The notes: generated from the letters alone by a model not told the origin. 34,851 nucleotides of DNA from a bacterium SM23_31 (GCA_001304035.1 LJUD01000001.1:1-34851); one strand, 5' to 3'. Positions 7,115-16,913 are shown, numbered from the stretch's first letter. Made by a program: numbers and translations.

Positions 7115-8611
7115 ATGAATAAGACTATAACAATAGGTTCTTTCAGCCGAATTGAAGGCGATCTTGAGATAAAGGTAGAATTAGAGAACGGCAAAATCAC
7201 CAAAGCCTACACTTCCGGAACTATGTTCCGCGGATTTGAGCGAATCCTCAAAGGCAGGGACCCTATGGATTCCTTAGTTTTCACATGTAGAGTCTGCGGT
7301 CTATGCGGTCTTTCACACTCGGCTGCATCTTCCTCAGCATTAAAGGAAGCATACAAAGCGGAAATGCCCCCAAATGCTTATTATGTAAAAAATATCCTTT
7401 TAGCCATTGAAAATATTGCGAACCATCTTACACAAATATATATGTTTTTCATGGTTGATTTTTTAAATAAAAAATATAAAGACATATCGGATTATGATAT
7501 TATTGCGAAGAGATATACTCCATTTACAGGTGAATCACAAAAAAAAGTTATATACGCACGAAAAAAATTATTGGAAATTATGGGGATAATTGGGGGTAAA
7601 TGGCCTAATTCTCTGGTAATGCAGCCCGGTGGTGTAACTAAAACACTCAGCCTTAGCGAAATTGTTTCCTGCTATGGAATACTCAGTGAAATCAGGGAGT
7701 TTTTAGAGAATACCCTTCTTGGTTGTCCTATGGAAAGCTGGCTGGAAAACAGGAGCTTCAGCGATATTGAAAAATGGATGGATGATGAAAAAAATGCAAA
7801 AAGCGATTTAGGAATGTTTATAAATTTTGGGACAAAAACCGGTCTATCTGAGATAGGAGCCGGCTCAGAAAAATTATTATCCTGCGGCGCGTATGAGGAA
7901 CCGGATGGAACATTCTGGCTAAAAAGCGGTTTATATGATGGAAGTTGGCTTCCCTTTGAACAAATAAAAATAGAAGAACACATTGCTTATTCCTGGTACG
8001 AAGGGTATGACGGAGGCATTCACCCCTCTAAAGGGATAACGATACCAAACACACGGAAAGAAAATGCATATAGCTGGTCAAAGTCTCCACGATATAATAA
8101 CGAAGTTATCGAAATGGGACCTCTTGCCCGGATGTTAGTGGGAAATAATCCATTAGCTTCGGATATTTTTAAAAAAAATGGATCAAGTGTTTTTACGCGC
8201 CAATTAATGAGAATTCATGAGACTATAATGTTGGCAGGTAAAATAAAAGACTGGCTCGATAATATCGACACGGAATCTCCTTTTTATATCAAACACAATA
8301 AATTGAAAGATTGCAGCGGGATTGGTTTAATAGAGGCTGCAAGAGGAATGCTCGGACACTGGATCAGTGTGGTTGATAATAGAATTTTCAATTATCAGAT
8401 AATTACACCAACCACATGGAATTTTTCCCCCCGGGATTCAGCCGGAAATCCCGGTATTTTAGAAAAATCCCTTACAAATCTCGAAATAGAAGATCCTGAA
8501 AACCCGATTGAGATGTACCATGTAATACGGTCTTTCGATCCCTGTATGGCTTGTACAGTGCATTCCGTCCGCGGAACAAAAAACGATGCATCATTTCATC
8601 TTACAATTTAG
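7115..8611 (+). CDS. [NiFe]-hydrogenase large subunit with 15-aa C-terminal extension
   Basis: N-terminal RIEGDLEI and RVCGLCGLSH. C-terminal DPCMACTVH followed by SVRGTKNDASFHLTI. Start chosen at ATG 7115 (MNKTITIG). ATG 7094 is an alternative; the track start 7034 would overlap the small subunit by 77 nt. Confidence 0.85.
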   Translation: MNKTITIGSFSRIEGDLEIKVELENGKITKAYTSGTMFRGFERILKGRDPMDSLVFTCRVCGLCGLSHSAASSSALKEAYKAEMPPNAYYVKNILLAIENIANHLTQIYMFFMVDFLNKKYKDISDYDIIAKRYTPFTGESQKKVIYARKKLLEIMGIIGGKWPNSLVMQPGGVTKTLSLSEIVSCYGILSEIREFLENTLLGCPMESWLENRSFSDIEKWMDDEKNAKSDLGMFINFGTKTGLSEIGAGSEKLLSCGAYEEPDGTFWLKSGLYDGSWLPFEQIKIEEHIAYSWYEGYDGGIHPSKGITIPNTRKENAYSWSKSPRYNNEVIEMGPLARMLVGNNPLASDIFKKNGSSVFTRQLMRIHETIMLAGKIKDWLDNIDTESPFYIKHNKLKDCSGIGLIEAARGMLGHWISVVDNRIFNYQIITPTTWNFSPRDSAGNPGILEKSLTNLEIEDPENPIEMYHVIRSFDPCMACTVHSVRGTKNDASFHLTI

Positions 8612-8613
8612 AT

Positions 8614-9063
8614 ATGATTATTGTGATCGGATATGGAAATACGCTCAGAGGGGATGATGGAGTCGGAGTAGAAATTATACAAAAATTGAAAAAAATGAAT
8701 CTTCAAAAACATATAAAAATCATTAATGGAGGAATCAGCGGTATTGATGTGCTTATGGATATTGGGGAATTCGAGAAACTCATAATTATTGATTCGATTA
8801 TCAGCGGCGGAAAAGAAGGTGCTCTTTATCGGATAACTCCTCCGGCATTGCCGGAGGTCGAAGAAGGAGTTCTATCGACTCATGCTCCTTCCTGGATCAG
8901 CTTTTTGAGATCTAATGTTGAATCCAGCGGGAAAGGCTATTGGTCAAACGTGATTTTTTATGGCATCGAAATAAGAAACACAATGATTGGGACAGAACTA
9001 AGTTCAAAGATTGCCCGTAAAATGCCCGATTATATAAATTCCATTCTCAAGGAGCTACAATGA
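8614..9063 (+). CDS. Hydrogenase maturation endopeptidase (HyaD/HybD type)
   Basis: MIIVIGYGNTLRGDDGVGV, IIIDSI and STH motifs. ATG 8614 lies 2 nt after the large-subunit stop. Confidence 0.8.
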   Translation: MIIVIGYGNTLRGDDGVGVEIIQKLKKMNLQKHIKIINGGISGIDVLMDIGEFEKLIIIDSIISGGKEGALYRITPPALPEVEEGVLSTHAPSWISFLRSNVESSGKGYWSNVIFYGIEIRNTMIGTELSSKIARKMPDYINSILKELQ

Positions 9064-10364
9064 GTGCAACAAGAGCAGAAAATTTATTAAAGACTTCTAA
9101 TAAAGATGTGCTTCAGGAGAGAATGTGGATCGAGATCATTAATCGGATGGAAAACCTTTATGCAAAGCTGGCAAACCGGCAGGAAGAAATAGAAAAGAAA
9201 AACAGAGAATTATTAAAAACAAAAGGATTCATTGAAAATGTTCTTAACCATATGGCATGTGCATTGATCGTTCTGGATTCTAACGGCAACATTAAAATGG
9301 TCAATGATGCCGCACTGACAATACTTGGATACAAAGAAGAAGACCTCCTTGGCAGACCAATGGAATTGATCTTTGAAAAGACCGACGGGAAAAGCCTCGT
9401 TATAGGATGTTCGTATTTTGAAAAGCTGGTAAAAGACGGAGCAATTAATAATTTTGAAATTTATTTTCGCAGTAAAGAGGGCGAAAGGATCCCTATGGTT
9501 TTGAGTGGATCTGTAACGAGAAATATATCTGGTGAAATTGATGATATAATTTCCGTGGCAAGAGATCTCCGGGACACAAAACGTATGTTGGCAGAAAAGG
9601 CAAGGGCAGAAGCAGAAAGGGCAAAGGCAGATGAGTTAGAAAAGGCTTATAATGAACTTCAGGAACTTAAAGCTCAACTTATACAATCGGAAAAGATGGC
9701 ATCCCTCGGACAACTGGCTGCCGGGATTGCCCATGAAATTAATAATCCGCTTACCGGTGTTTTGACTTCCGGGCATATATTACTTAAGAGATGTAAACCG
9801 GTTGATTCTAATAGAGAAGACCTTGAAATTATTGTCAATGAGACAACCCGGTGCCGGGAAATAGTACGGGGGCTTCTGGATTTTGCCCGACAGTCCAGTC
9901 CCCAAATGGTAACTGTAGACCTGACAAAATTAATTAACAAAACCCTCTCGATTATGGAAAATCAATTTCATATCAAAAATATTAAAATAATTAAAAAGTT
10001 GAAGGAAAATATCCCGGAGATTATGTTAGATGTAAACCAGATCGAGCAGGTTTTTGTCAACCTTTTACTAAATTCCATTGAAGCAATGCCCGAAGGTGGG
10101 ACCATTCTCATTGCTACTGAATACGATCAGTATTATATAATTATTACTTTTCAAGATACCGGACAAGGCATTCCCGAGAATATAATAGGAAAAATATTTG
10201 ATCCGTTTTTTTCAACGAAGTCTCGGAAAAAGGGTACAGGACTCGGCTTGTCAGTCAGCTACGGAATTATAAAGAAACATAATGGAACAATAGAAGTAAA
10301 AAGCAAGGAAAATGAAGGAACAATATTTACAATAAAACTTCCCATAAAACAAAATATTCTATGA
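9060..10364 (+). CDS. Soluble PAS-domain sensor histidine kinase
   Basis: No hydrophobic segments. PAS-like region LIVLDSNGNIKMVNDAA. H-box AAGIAHEINNPL. HATPase G-boxes DTGQGI and GTGLGL. ATGA overlap with the upstream gene. Confidence 0.85.
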   Translation: MSATRAENLLKTSNKDVLQERMWIEIINRMENLYAKLANRQEEIEKKNRELLKTKGFIENVLNHMACALIVLDSNGNIKMVNDAALTILGYKEEDLLGRPMELIFEKTDGKSLVIGCSYFEKLVKDGAINNFEIYFRSKEGERIPMVLSGSVTRNISGEIDDIISVARDLRDTKRMLAEKARAEAERAKADELEKAYNELQELKAQLIQSEKMASLGQLAAGIAHEINNPLTGVLTSGHILLKRCKPVDSNREDLEIIVNETTRCREIVRGLLDFARQSSPQMVTVDLTKLINKTLSIMENQFHIKNIKIIKKLKENIPEIMLDVNQIEQVFVNLLLNSIEAMPEGGTILIATEYDQYYIIITFQDTGQGIPENIIGKIFDPFFSTKSRKKGTGLGLSVSYGIIKKHNGTIEVKSKENEGTIFTIKLPIKQNIL

Positions 10365-11794
10365 GTATGCTCGAAGAAAAAATTAATAAAAACATCGCTG
10401 TCCTGGTCATTGATGACGAGTCGGTGGTAAGAAATGCATGCCGCAAAATCCTGACAGAAGAAGGTTACAAGGTTATTCTGGCTGAAAACGGCAGAGAAGG
10501 CCTGGAAAAATCTGAAATGGGAATAGGAGATGTCATTCTCGTTGACCTTAAAATGCCGGATATAAGCGGGATGGAGGTTTTGAAAGAGATAAAGATAAAA
10601 TTTCCCCGTAAACCCGTCATCGTAATAACGGGATATTCCACAGTAGATTCAGCCGTGGAAGCGATGAAATTAGGCGCTTTCGATTATGTTCCAAAACCAT
10701 TTACACCGGATGAGCTTTCTCTTATTGTTCACAAAGCTTTAGAAAAGAAAAAGCTGCTTGATGAGTTAGATTTCTTGCGGAAAGAGCTTTATGAAAAATA
10801 TAAAGTTAAAAACATAATCGGTAAAAGCGAGGGGATGAAGGAAGTTTTTCGTCTTGTCAGCAAGGTTGCAAATACAGACAGCACCGTCCTGATCTATGGA
10901 GAAAGTGGTACAGGCAAAGAGGTAATAGCAAAGGCTATTCATATCCAGAGCCGCCGGCAGGACAAAAGGTTTTTGGCGATTGACTGCAGTGCTCTATCCC
11001 CGACCCTTCTTGAAAGTGAATTATTCGGACACGTAAAAGGAGCTTTCACAGGTGCAATATCTACCAAACCGGGCATTTTTGAAATAGCAAACAACGGAAC
11101 AATTTTCCTCGATGAAATATCGAATATCAGTTCTGAAATACAGGCTAAACTCCTGCGGATTATCGAAGAGCAAGAATATAAGCCGGTCGGCGGCTCTGAA
11201 ATGAAAAAAATCGATGTCCGGTTAATATCTGCTACAAATAAAGACCTTAAATTGTTTGTCAAAAAAAATATATTCAGGGAAGACCTTTTTTATCGTTTGA
11301 ACGTTTTTCCGATATTCCTTCCTCCATTGAGAGAAAGAAAGGAAGACATTCCACTTTTAGCTACCCATTTCTTAAAACTGTTCACAAAAGAGCTGAACAA
11401 ACAAATAGACGGATTTTCCGATGAATCCATGAATCTTTTTATCAATTATCATTGGCCCGGAAATGTCAGGGAGTTGAAAAACACGGTGGAAAGGCTGGTA
11501 ATTACCGTGGAAGATGATATTATCAAACCGGAATATTTATCCGATATTCTTAAGACGCAAAGTATAAGAGAATACATAACCATCCCGAAAGATAAAGACG
11601 AATTAAGAAAACTGAAGAAAAAGATTAAGAATCAGGCAATTGCAGAGCTCGAGAAAAAATTCCTTTTAGAATCACTGAAACAAAATAACTGGAATGTTTC
11701 ACGGGCTGCCCGGGAAACCGGATTTCAAAGAACAAATTTTCATACTCTAATGAGAAAATACAAGATTAAATTATCAGATAAAGAGTCTTTCTGA
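10361..11794 (+). CDS. NtrC-family sigma-54-dependent response regulator (REC, AAA+, Fis-type HTH)
   Basis: REC with VDLKMPD. Walker A GESGTGKE. GAFTGA motif intact. C-terminal HTH NVSRAARETGFQRTNFHTLMRKY. ATGA overlap with the kinase gene. Confidence 0.9.
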   Translation: MSMLEEKINKNIAVLVIDDESVVRNACRKILTEEGYKVILAENGREGLEKSEMGIGDVILVDLKMPDISGMEVLKEIKIKFPRKPVIVITGYSTVDSAVEAMKLGAFDYVPKPFTPDELSLIVHKALEKKKLLDELDFLRKELYEKYKVKNIIGKSEGMKEVFRLVSKVANTDSTVLIYGESGTGKEVIAKAIHIQSRRQDKRFLAIDCSALSPTLLESELFGHVKGAFTGAISTKPGIFEIANNGTIFLDEISNISSEIQAKLLRIIEEQEYKPVGGSEMKKIDVRLISATNKDLKLFVKKNIFREDLFYRLNVFPIFLPPLRERKEDIPLLATHFLKLFTKELNKQIDGFSDESMNLFINYHWPGNVRELKNTVERLVITVEDDIIKPEYLSDILKTQSIREYITIPKDKDELRKLKKKIKNQAIAELEKKFLLESLKQNNWNVSRAARETGFQRTNFHTLMRKYKIKLSDKESF

Positions 11795-11824
11795 AGATAA
11801 TAAAGTCAGGAAAATATATAACTT

Positions 11825-11845
11825 TCCGCCAGAGGCGGATTTGTA
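11825..11845. terminator. Short hairpin between the convergent operons, possible terminator
   Basis: tccgcc aga ggcgga followed by tttg on the plus strand. The stem is only 6 bp with a weak T-tract. Confidence 0.35.
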
Positions 11846-11941
11846 ATCAAATAACTCGAGAATAAAAGGACGAAAATCAAAAGGTTTTTATATAACCTCC
11901 ACCCGTTTGGCACTGAGCGGACTATCCGGCAGTAATCAGTG

Positions 11942-12385
11942 TCATCCCGTCAAGATATTAACTAACCTGCAAACCGATTGTTCCAATTCGGTGCTCAATC
12001 CTTCTTTAAGCTCAGTTGTTGCCGGTTGAATACCGAGTAGAAAAATTTTAGCTGGAATATGCTGGCAAATATAAGAAGCGAAAAGGTTCAGAGAAGCATT
12101 ATGTGTAGAGAATCCATATTCACTACATTCGTCAGGAGTAAAGATTTTCCAACTGCCGGGTTCGCCTTCAAAGGAGAGAGCATCTATAATGATAATAGTA
12201 TCCGGGCGATACTGGATAATAAACTTAGTATAATTTTCAGGAACTGTTCCAACGTCTAATATATTAGTAAAACCTGCCGAAGATAATTTTTCAACTAAAA
12301 CCGGACCAACCCCATCATCTCCCCGCTGGCGATTACCCACACCGATAAAAAGTACACGCCCGACAGCAATCTCGTCAAGATTCAC
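11942..12385 (-). CDS. Hydrogenase maturation endopeptidase (HycI type)
   Basis: FIGVGNRQRGDDGVG, IIIDAL...PG and FSTHNASL motifs. It is the last gene of the group-4 hydrogenase cluster. Confidence 0.8.
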   Translation of the reverse strand: MNLDEIAVGRVLFIGVGNRQRGDDGVGPVLVEKLSSAGFTNILDVGTVPENYTKFIIQYRPDTIIIIDALSFEGEPGSWKIFTPDECSEYGFSTHNASLNLFASYICQHIPAKIFLLGIQPATTELKEGLSTELEQSVCRLVNILTG

Positions 12386-12497
12386 AATTAATCATGATAA
12401 TTATTCAAACTTTTATTGTATAGTATTTATTATTTTTATAATAAATTGATGTCTGGAGCAGGAGTATTCACTTCTGAGATATTATCACACGAAAGGT

Positions 12498-13118
12498 TTA
12501 TTCAAATGTGCCCCACTCTTCGGAAAGGATTACGTTTCTGCGGCAGTCGGGACATAAAATCCGGGCATTATCATTCCTTCCGATTCTCCGTTTATCCCGT
12601 TCCGGTGTTTGGGCTACCAGTTCTAATTCCCCCAAACCGACAAGCATCAATGTCCAGTTTCCGGCAACACTCGAGCCTAACCGGTGGTAAATCCACTTCA
12701 AGTGATCCTTCGTAGCAAACGGTCTGCCGCATATTTCACATTTAACCATCTCTTTTTCAACTTTTTCAACAGCGTCTGCCCGATCAAAAACGGCAAGATC
12801 AAACTCCTGATTCTGAATAATCCCCTTTTTAGTAGTGCATTTTTCCACGCACGTTCCACAATAAACACAATTATCCAAATGGACGGTTAATATACGATAT
12901 ATCTTATCATCTTTCTGTTCTTCGGTAATTTCAATTGCATTAGCCGGACATACTTCGCTGCAAGCTCCGCATCCGATGCATTCTTCCTCCTGATATTCCG
13001 GTTTGCCCCGAAATTCTACAGGTATCGGAGGAGGAGATTTTGGAAAATCTATTGTATAGGGACCCGCTACTAATGCGATAACTGCTTCTTTTAATTCCCG
13101 TAGTTTCGGTTTCTTCAT
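12498..13118 (-). CDS. 2x[4Fe-4S] ferredoxin subunit, HycF/NuoI-like
   Basis: CIGCGACSEVCP and CVYCGTCVEKC, plus a C-terminal CEICGRPF...CPDCRR tail resembling the Cys tail of E. coli HycF. Confidence 0.75.
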   Translation of the reverse strand: MKKPKLRELKEAVIALVAGPYTIDFPKSPPPIPVEFRGKPEYQEEECIGCGACSEVCPANAIEITEEQKDDKIYRILTVHLDNCVYCGTCVEKCTTKKGIIQNQEFDLAVFDRADAVEKVEKEMVKCEICGRPFATKDHLKWIYHRLGSSVAGNWTLMLVGLGELELVAQTPERDKRRIGRNDNARILCPDCRRNVILSEEWGTFE

Positions 13119-13141
13119 GATTTTATTTCTCCGCCAATATT

Positions 13142-13492
13142 TCAGGAGTCTTCTTTTTTCAGCGAACCTTGCCGGTCTTCAAGGTACTTATCACATGCAC
13201 TGCCTTTCCATAATTTATAACCGGCTTTATGGGACGCTCGCGAAATGGCATGTGCCGCAGTAGGTGAAGTCATAAAAATAAACCAAATGCAAAGAATAGC
13301 TTTTATACCTACTGCATTTATACCATTATAAAAGACTGCCCCTAAGAGAATTAAGCACGTTCCTAAAGTAACACATTTTGTCGAACTCTGGAGCCGGTTG
13401 TATACATCAGGAAGCCGTACCAAGCCTAAACAGCCGGAAAAGTCGAAAATAAGTCCGCAAACGATCAAAATAAATCCGATTGTTTCAGTCAT
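13142..13492 (-). CDS. Mrp/Mnh antiporter subunit G-like
   Basis: Three TM segments with RLPDVYNRLQSSTK and SPTAAHAISRA motifs. Start moved to ATG 13492, which overlaps the upstream stop by 8 nt; the track start 13528 would overlap more. Confidence 0.75.
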   Translation of the reverse strand: MTETIGFILIVCGLIFDFSGCLGLVRLPDVYNRLQSSTKCVTLGTCLILLGAVFYNGINAVGIKAILCIWFIFMTSPTAAHAISRASHKAGYKLWKGSACDKYLEDRQGSLKKEDS

Positions 13493-13739
13493 CGTAAGTT
13501 CTTCCTTCCAGAAACTTTGATAAAGCAATCGATCCTATAAAGCTCAATAACGCCCAGGCTAAGGCAATGTTCATATATAAATCTTGCTTGCTTAATGCAG
13601 AGAATATCCCACAAAATCCAACTATAATAATTCCTAATATATCATTAGCCACTATCCGGTCGGATGGTGTCGGACCAAAGGCAATTCGGTACAGACACAT
13701 AAAACAACATATAATTAATACAACAATACAACCGGTCAT
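13485..13739 (-). CDS. Mrp/Mnh antiporter subunit F-like
   Basis: 84 aa, three hydrophobic helices, GPTPSDRIVAND motif. Confidence 0.7.
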   Translation of the reverse strand: MTGCIVVLIICCFMCLYRIAFGPTPSDRIVANDILGIIIVGFCGIFSALSKQDLYMNIALAWALLSFIGSIALSKFLEGRTYDD

Positions 13740-14257
13740 TCGAATATCCTCCTGAGAATATTTTCAAATTTATTTACGATAATAATAGTTGCGCCTTCTA
13801 TGTCTTTCGCAAGCACATTAATCCAATGAATATAGAGATATTCTCCTTCTATATCTACAGTTAAGGTACCCGGGGTTAACGTGATAGAATTTGCCAGAAA
13901 TGTCTTTGCAAGATCGGTTGTAAGGGCAGTACGAACCTTTACTATCCCTGGATTAATGGGCAAGTCCGGATGGAGCACCCGGTAGAGAACATCAAGATTT
14001 GCCTTGAATACACAATAGAGAAAATAAGGGATATATACTAAAAGCCAGAAAAGACGGCGTGGAGTAAATAGTAGTACCATGTTAGGGGGAAACAAATCCG
14101 ATAAAAAAAGCACAACGCCTGCTGCAACAATTACGCCGACAATTAAGGTCAACGGGTCTATTGTCCATGTAAGCGCTAACCAAATAAGAAACATTAAAAG
14201 AAACTCAAAAAGGCGTACTCTGAATTTGAATCCTGTTGACTTTTCTATTGACTCCAT
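13736..14257 (-). CDS. Mrp/Mnh antiporter subunit E-like
   Basis: 173 aa. N-terminal TM pair, then ANSITLTPGTLTVDI motif. 4-nt overlap with the F subunit. Confidence 0.7.
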   Translation of the reverse strand: MESIEKSTGFKFRVRLFEFLLMFLIWLALTWTIDPLTLIVGVIVAAGVVLFLSDLFPPNMVLLFTPRRLFWLLVYIPYFLYCVFKANLDVLYRVLHPDLPINPGIVKVRTALTTDLAKTFLANSITLTPGTLTVDIEGEYLYIHWINVLAKDIEGATIIIVNKFENILRRIFE

Positions 14258-14491
14258 ACGATATCCCGGAAAATTACATTATTTATTTGTTAAAAACGTC
14301 AAAGAGGTTTACGATGCCTCATTGACGCCCCGAGTATTCGGGGCGGCTACCGATTATATTTTTTATTATTACCTGCACATGATAGCCGCACACCTATAGT
14401 GTGCGCTTGATTTTGCCAAAGTTCTGCTAATATTAAAATTTGCGAAAGTCCTGATAATAGCATAATTCTAATAGCAAACAGCTAACAGTGA

Positions 14492-15973
14492 TTATGGAAC
14501 TACTTGTAATACCAGTTGTATATATTTTTGCTGGTCTATTACGGTATCCCGTGCTATCTCTAATAAAGTATTGCCGAAAAAGGGATATAGAAGACCGGAC
14601 AGGAGACATAATACTGCAAAAATAACAAGCACCGTCCCCATTAAAACCGGAACCTCCTTGATGTTCTTCAATTTCTCAGGGAGGTCTCCAAATATAGAAT
14701 ATCTCTGTACCTTAATGAAGGAGACCAGCGTAAGAAAACTGACACCAACGGTAACTGCTGCGATTGCATAATATTCCGCCTGAACCAGGGCAATAATAAT
14801 AAGCAATTTGCTCCAGAAACCGTTAAACGGGGGTATTCCGGATATAGAAAGTGATGCAATAGAGCATGAGCTTGAAGTAACCGGCATTCTTTTAAAGAGT
14901 CCGCCCATTTCCTTAAGATTTCTCGTGCCGGTACTGTATTCAACTGCCCCCGAGCATAAAAATAAAAGAGACTTGAAAAAAGCATGGTTCATCAAATGGA
15001 ACAAAGCTCCGAGTATGCCCAGAGGAGTAGCAAGCCCGATTCCAACCATTACATAACCCATCTGACTTATACTGTGATATGCTAAAAGCCGTTTGAAGTC
15101 CCACTGCCCCACAGCGAGTAATACACCGACAACCATCGACAATACTCCGAGGGACATCAATATTATATGAGTGATATTGGTCATACCGATAACATGGTAA
15201 ACGACACGAATGATAGCATAAATACCACAGGCTTTGATGAGTACTCCCGAGAGCATGGCAGAAATTGGTGCAGGGGCAGATGGGTGAGCATCCGGCAGCC
15301 ATGCATGAAATGGAACCATAGCACCTTTCAAGCCAAAACCCATAATAAAAAGCCCTTCTGCAAAGAGAACCGATCTGTTTATCCCGTTAGCCAAAATTGA
15401 GTTAGCCAAATCAGCCATGTTCAGTGTTCCAAAAGTAGCATATAAAATTGCAATACCCAGCAAAATTAATGTAGATGAAACACTTCCTAAAATCATATAT
15501 TTGAAAGAAGCTTCCAATTCTTCATGTTCGCATCCAAATCCCACCAGTGCATAGGAGGAAATAGTAGCAATCTCTAAAAACACAAATAAATTAAATATGT
15601 CACCTGTAATAACCACACCGCTCATTCCCGCTACCATTAACATAAAAAGTGAGTAAAACCGTATCTTGGATGTGTACATCTCCATATATTTAAATGAATA
15701 TAAAAGGGATAATAAACCCACGATATTTATAAGGAGTAATAATAATGTGCTAATACTATCAGAAACCAGCGTGATACCTATCGGGGGTATCCACTTTCCA
15801 ATAAAATATGAAAACGGTTCATGACCAATTAGAGCAATAACCATGATAAGTAAAATGATTTCTGCAATAGCCACAATGACTTCAACTAATTTGGTGAGCG
15901 ATTTCGGAAAAAGGAGAATAAGAAATGCTACGCCTAACGGAATAGCGACGAACAATGGATACAATTGCTGCAT
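14492..15973 (-). CDS. Antiporter-like proton/sodium-translocating subunit (MrpD/NuoM/N family)
   Basis: 493 aa and polytopic. Motifs WLPDAHPSAPAPISAMLSG and LLAYHSISQMGY. Confidence 0.85.
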   Translation of the reverse strand: MQQLYPLFVAIPLGVAFLILLFPKSLTKLVEVIVAIAEIILLIMVIALIGHEPFSYFIGKWIPPIGITLVSDSISTLLLLLINIVGLLSLLYSFKYMEMYTSKIRFYSLFMLMVAGMSGVVITGDIFNLFVFLEIATISSYALVGFGCEHEELEASFKYMILGSVSSTLILLGIAILYATFGTLNMADLANSILANGINRSVLFAEGLFIMGFGLKGAMVPFHAWLPDAHPSAPAPISAMLSGVLIKACGIYAIIRVVYHVIGMTNITHIILMSLGVLSMVVGVLLAVGQWDFKRLLAYHSISQMGYVMVGIGLATPLGILGALFHLMNHAFFKSLLFLCSGAVEYSTGTRNLKEMGGLFKRMPVTSSSCSIASLSISGIPPFNGFWSKLLIIIALVQAEYYAIAAVTVGVSFLTLVSFIKVQRYSIFGDLPEKLKNIKEVPVLMGTVLVIFAVLCLLSGLLYPFFGNTLLEIARDTVIDQQKYIQLVLQVVP

Positions 15974-16034
15974 AATTACCTATCTAACCCCAAATATAAT
16001 TTATGATGAGCAAACAGAAGTCTACAATTATTCT

Positions 16035-16385
16035 CTACCCTCTCAACCTGCTTATTTCAGACGTATCAAACGTTTTATATTTTTCGTAAAGACGTAAGGC
16101 GATACTGACCATCATGATTAAAACACCCAAACTAATTACAATGGAAGTTAATACTAATGCTTGTGGTAATGGGTCGACACTTTGTTGGGAAAACGTTTGC
16201 TTATTCATACCTTCAAAGAGAACAGGAGGAATTCCCCCTGATTTATAGCCAATTAAAATTAAAAAGAGATTTACCGCATAATCAAGAATTGCTATACCAA
16301 TAATTTTTTTTATAAGATGTTTTTTTGCTATTAAACAATACAATCCCATTACAAACAGGAAAAAACACATTAAGTAGATGGTCAT
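16035..16385 (-). CDS. MrpC/NuoK-like small membrane subunit
   Basis: 116 aa, three TM helices, DPLPQALVLTSIVI motif. Confidence 0.7.
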   Translation of the reverse strand: MTIYLMCFFLFVMGLYCLIAKKHLIKKIIGIAILDYAVNLFLILIGYKSGGIPPVLFEGMNKQTFSQQSVDPLPQALVLTSIVISLGVLIMMVSIALRLYEKYKTFDTSEISRLRG

Positions 16386-16397
16386 TGAAACTTCTCC

Positions 16398-16880
16398 TTA
16401 CAAATTACGATCTATATTACCTACATATTCCTCATCATTCTCATATTCTTCTGCATCGCCGACAAAGCGTCCAAAAAAAACAAGCAACACAAATATTGTA
16501 AAAATAGCGGATACAATGATTATGCTAATAGCTATATCTGCAAACGGAATCAAACCGGCGCTGTGTAAATGAAATTCCTTACCGTGATCTATGAAATTAA
16601 AAAAGAATGTCCCATCTATATAACCCAACAGGGCAATAGCCAGAAATGCCAGAGCTCCGATACAACTGAGAAAATGAGCTACATTTGTTCTCATTTTCTG
16701 AATGGCTTTTTCTCTTCCAAAAACCAGCATAATCAGGATAAAACCGCACGTTAGAATAACTCCGCCTGCGAAACCGCCTCCAACGCCTAAATGTCCAAAT
16801 AAAATAATGTTAATACCATAGAGAAAAATCAGTCCAATTACAAATTGGGTTACTTTCTTTACAATAAGACTCATACCCAT
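16398..16880 (-). CDS. MnhB/MrpB-domain membrane subunit
   Basis: GHLGVGGGFAGG motif (MnhB GHxxPGGGFxGG type) with four TM helices. Confidence 0.7.
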   Translation of the reverse strand: MGMSLIVKKVTQFVIGLIFLYGINIILFGHLGVGGGFAGGVILTCGFILIMLVFGREKAIQKMRTNVAHFLSCIGALAFLAIALLGYIDGTFFFNFIDHGKEFHLHSAGLIPFADIAISIIIVSAIFTIFVLLVFFGRFVGDAEEYENDEEYVGNIDRNL

Positions 16881-16913
16881 TTGAGTGCGCTCCTTTGTTT
16901 ACCGGTGTACCTA

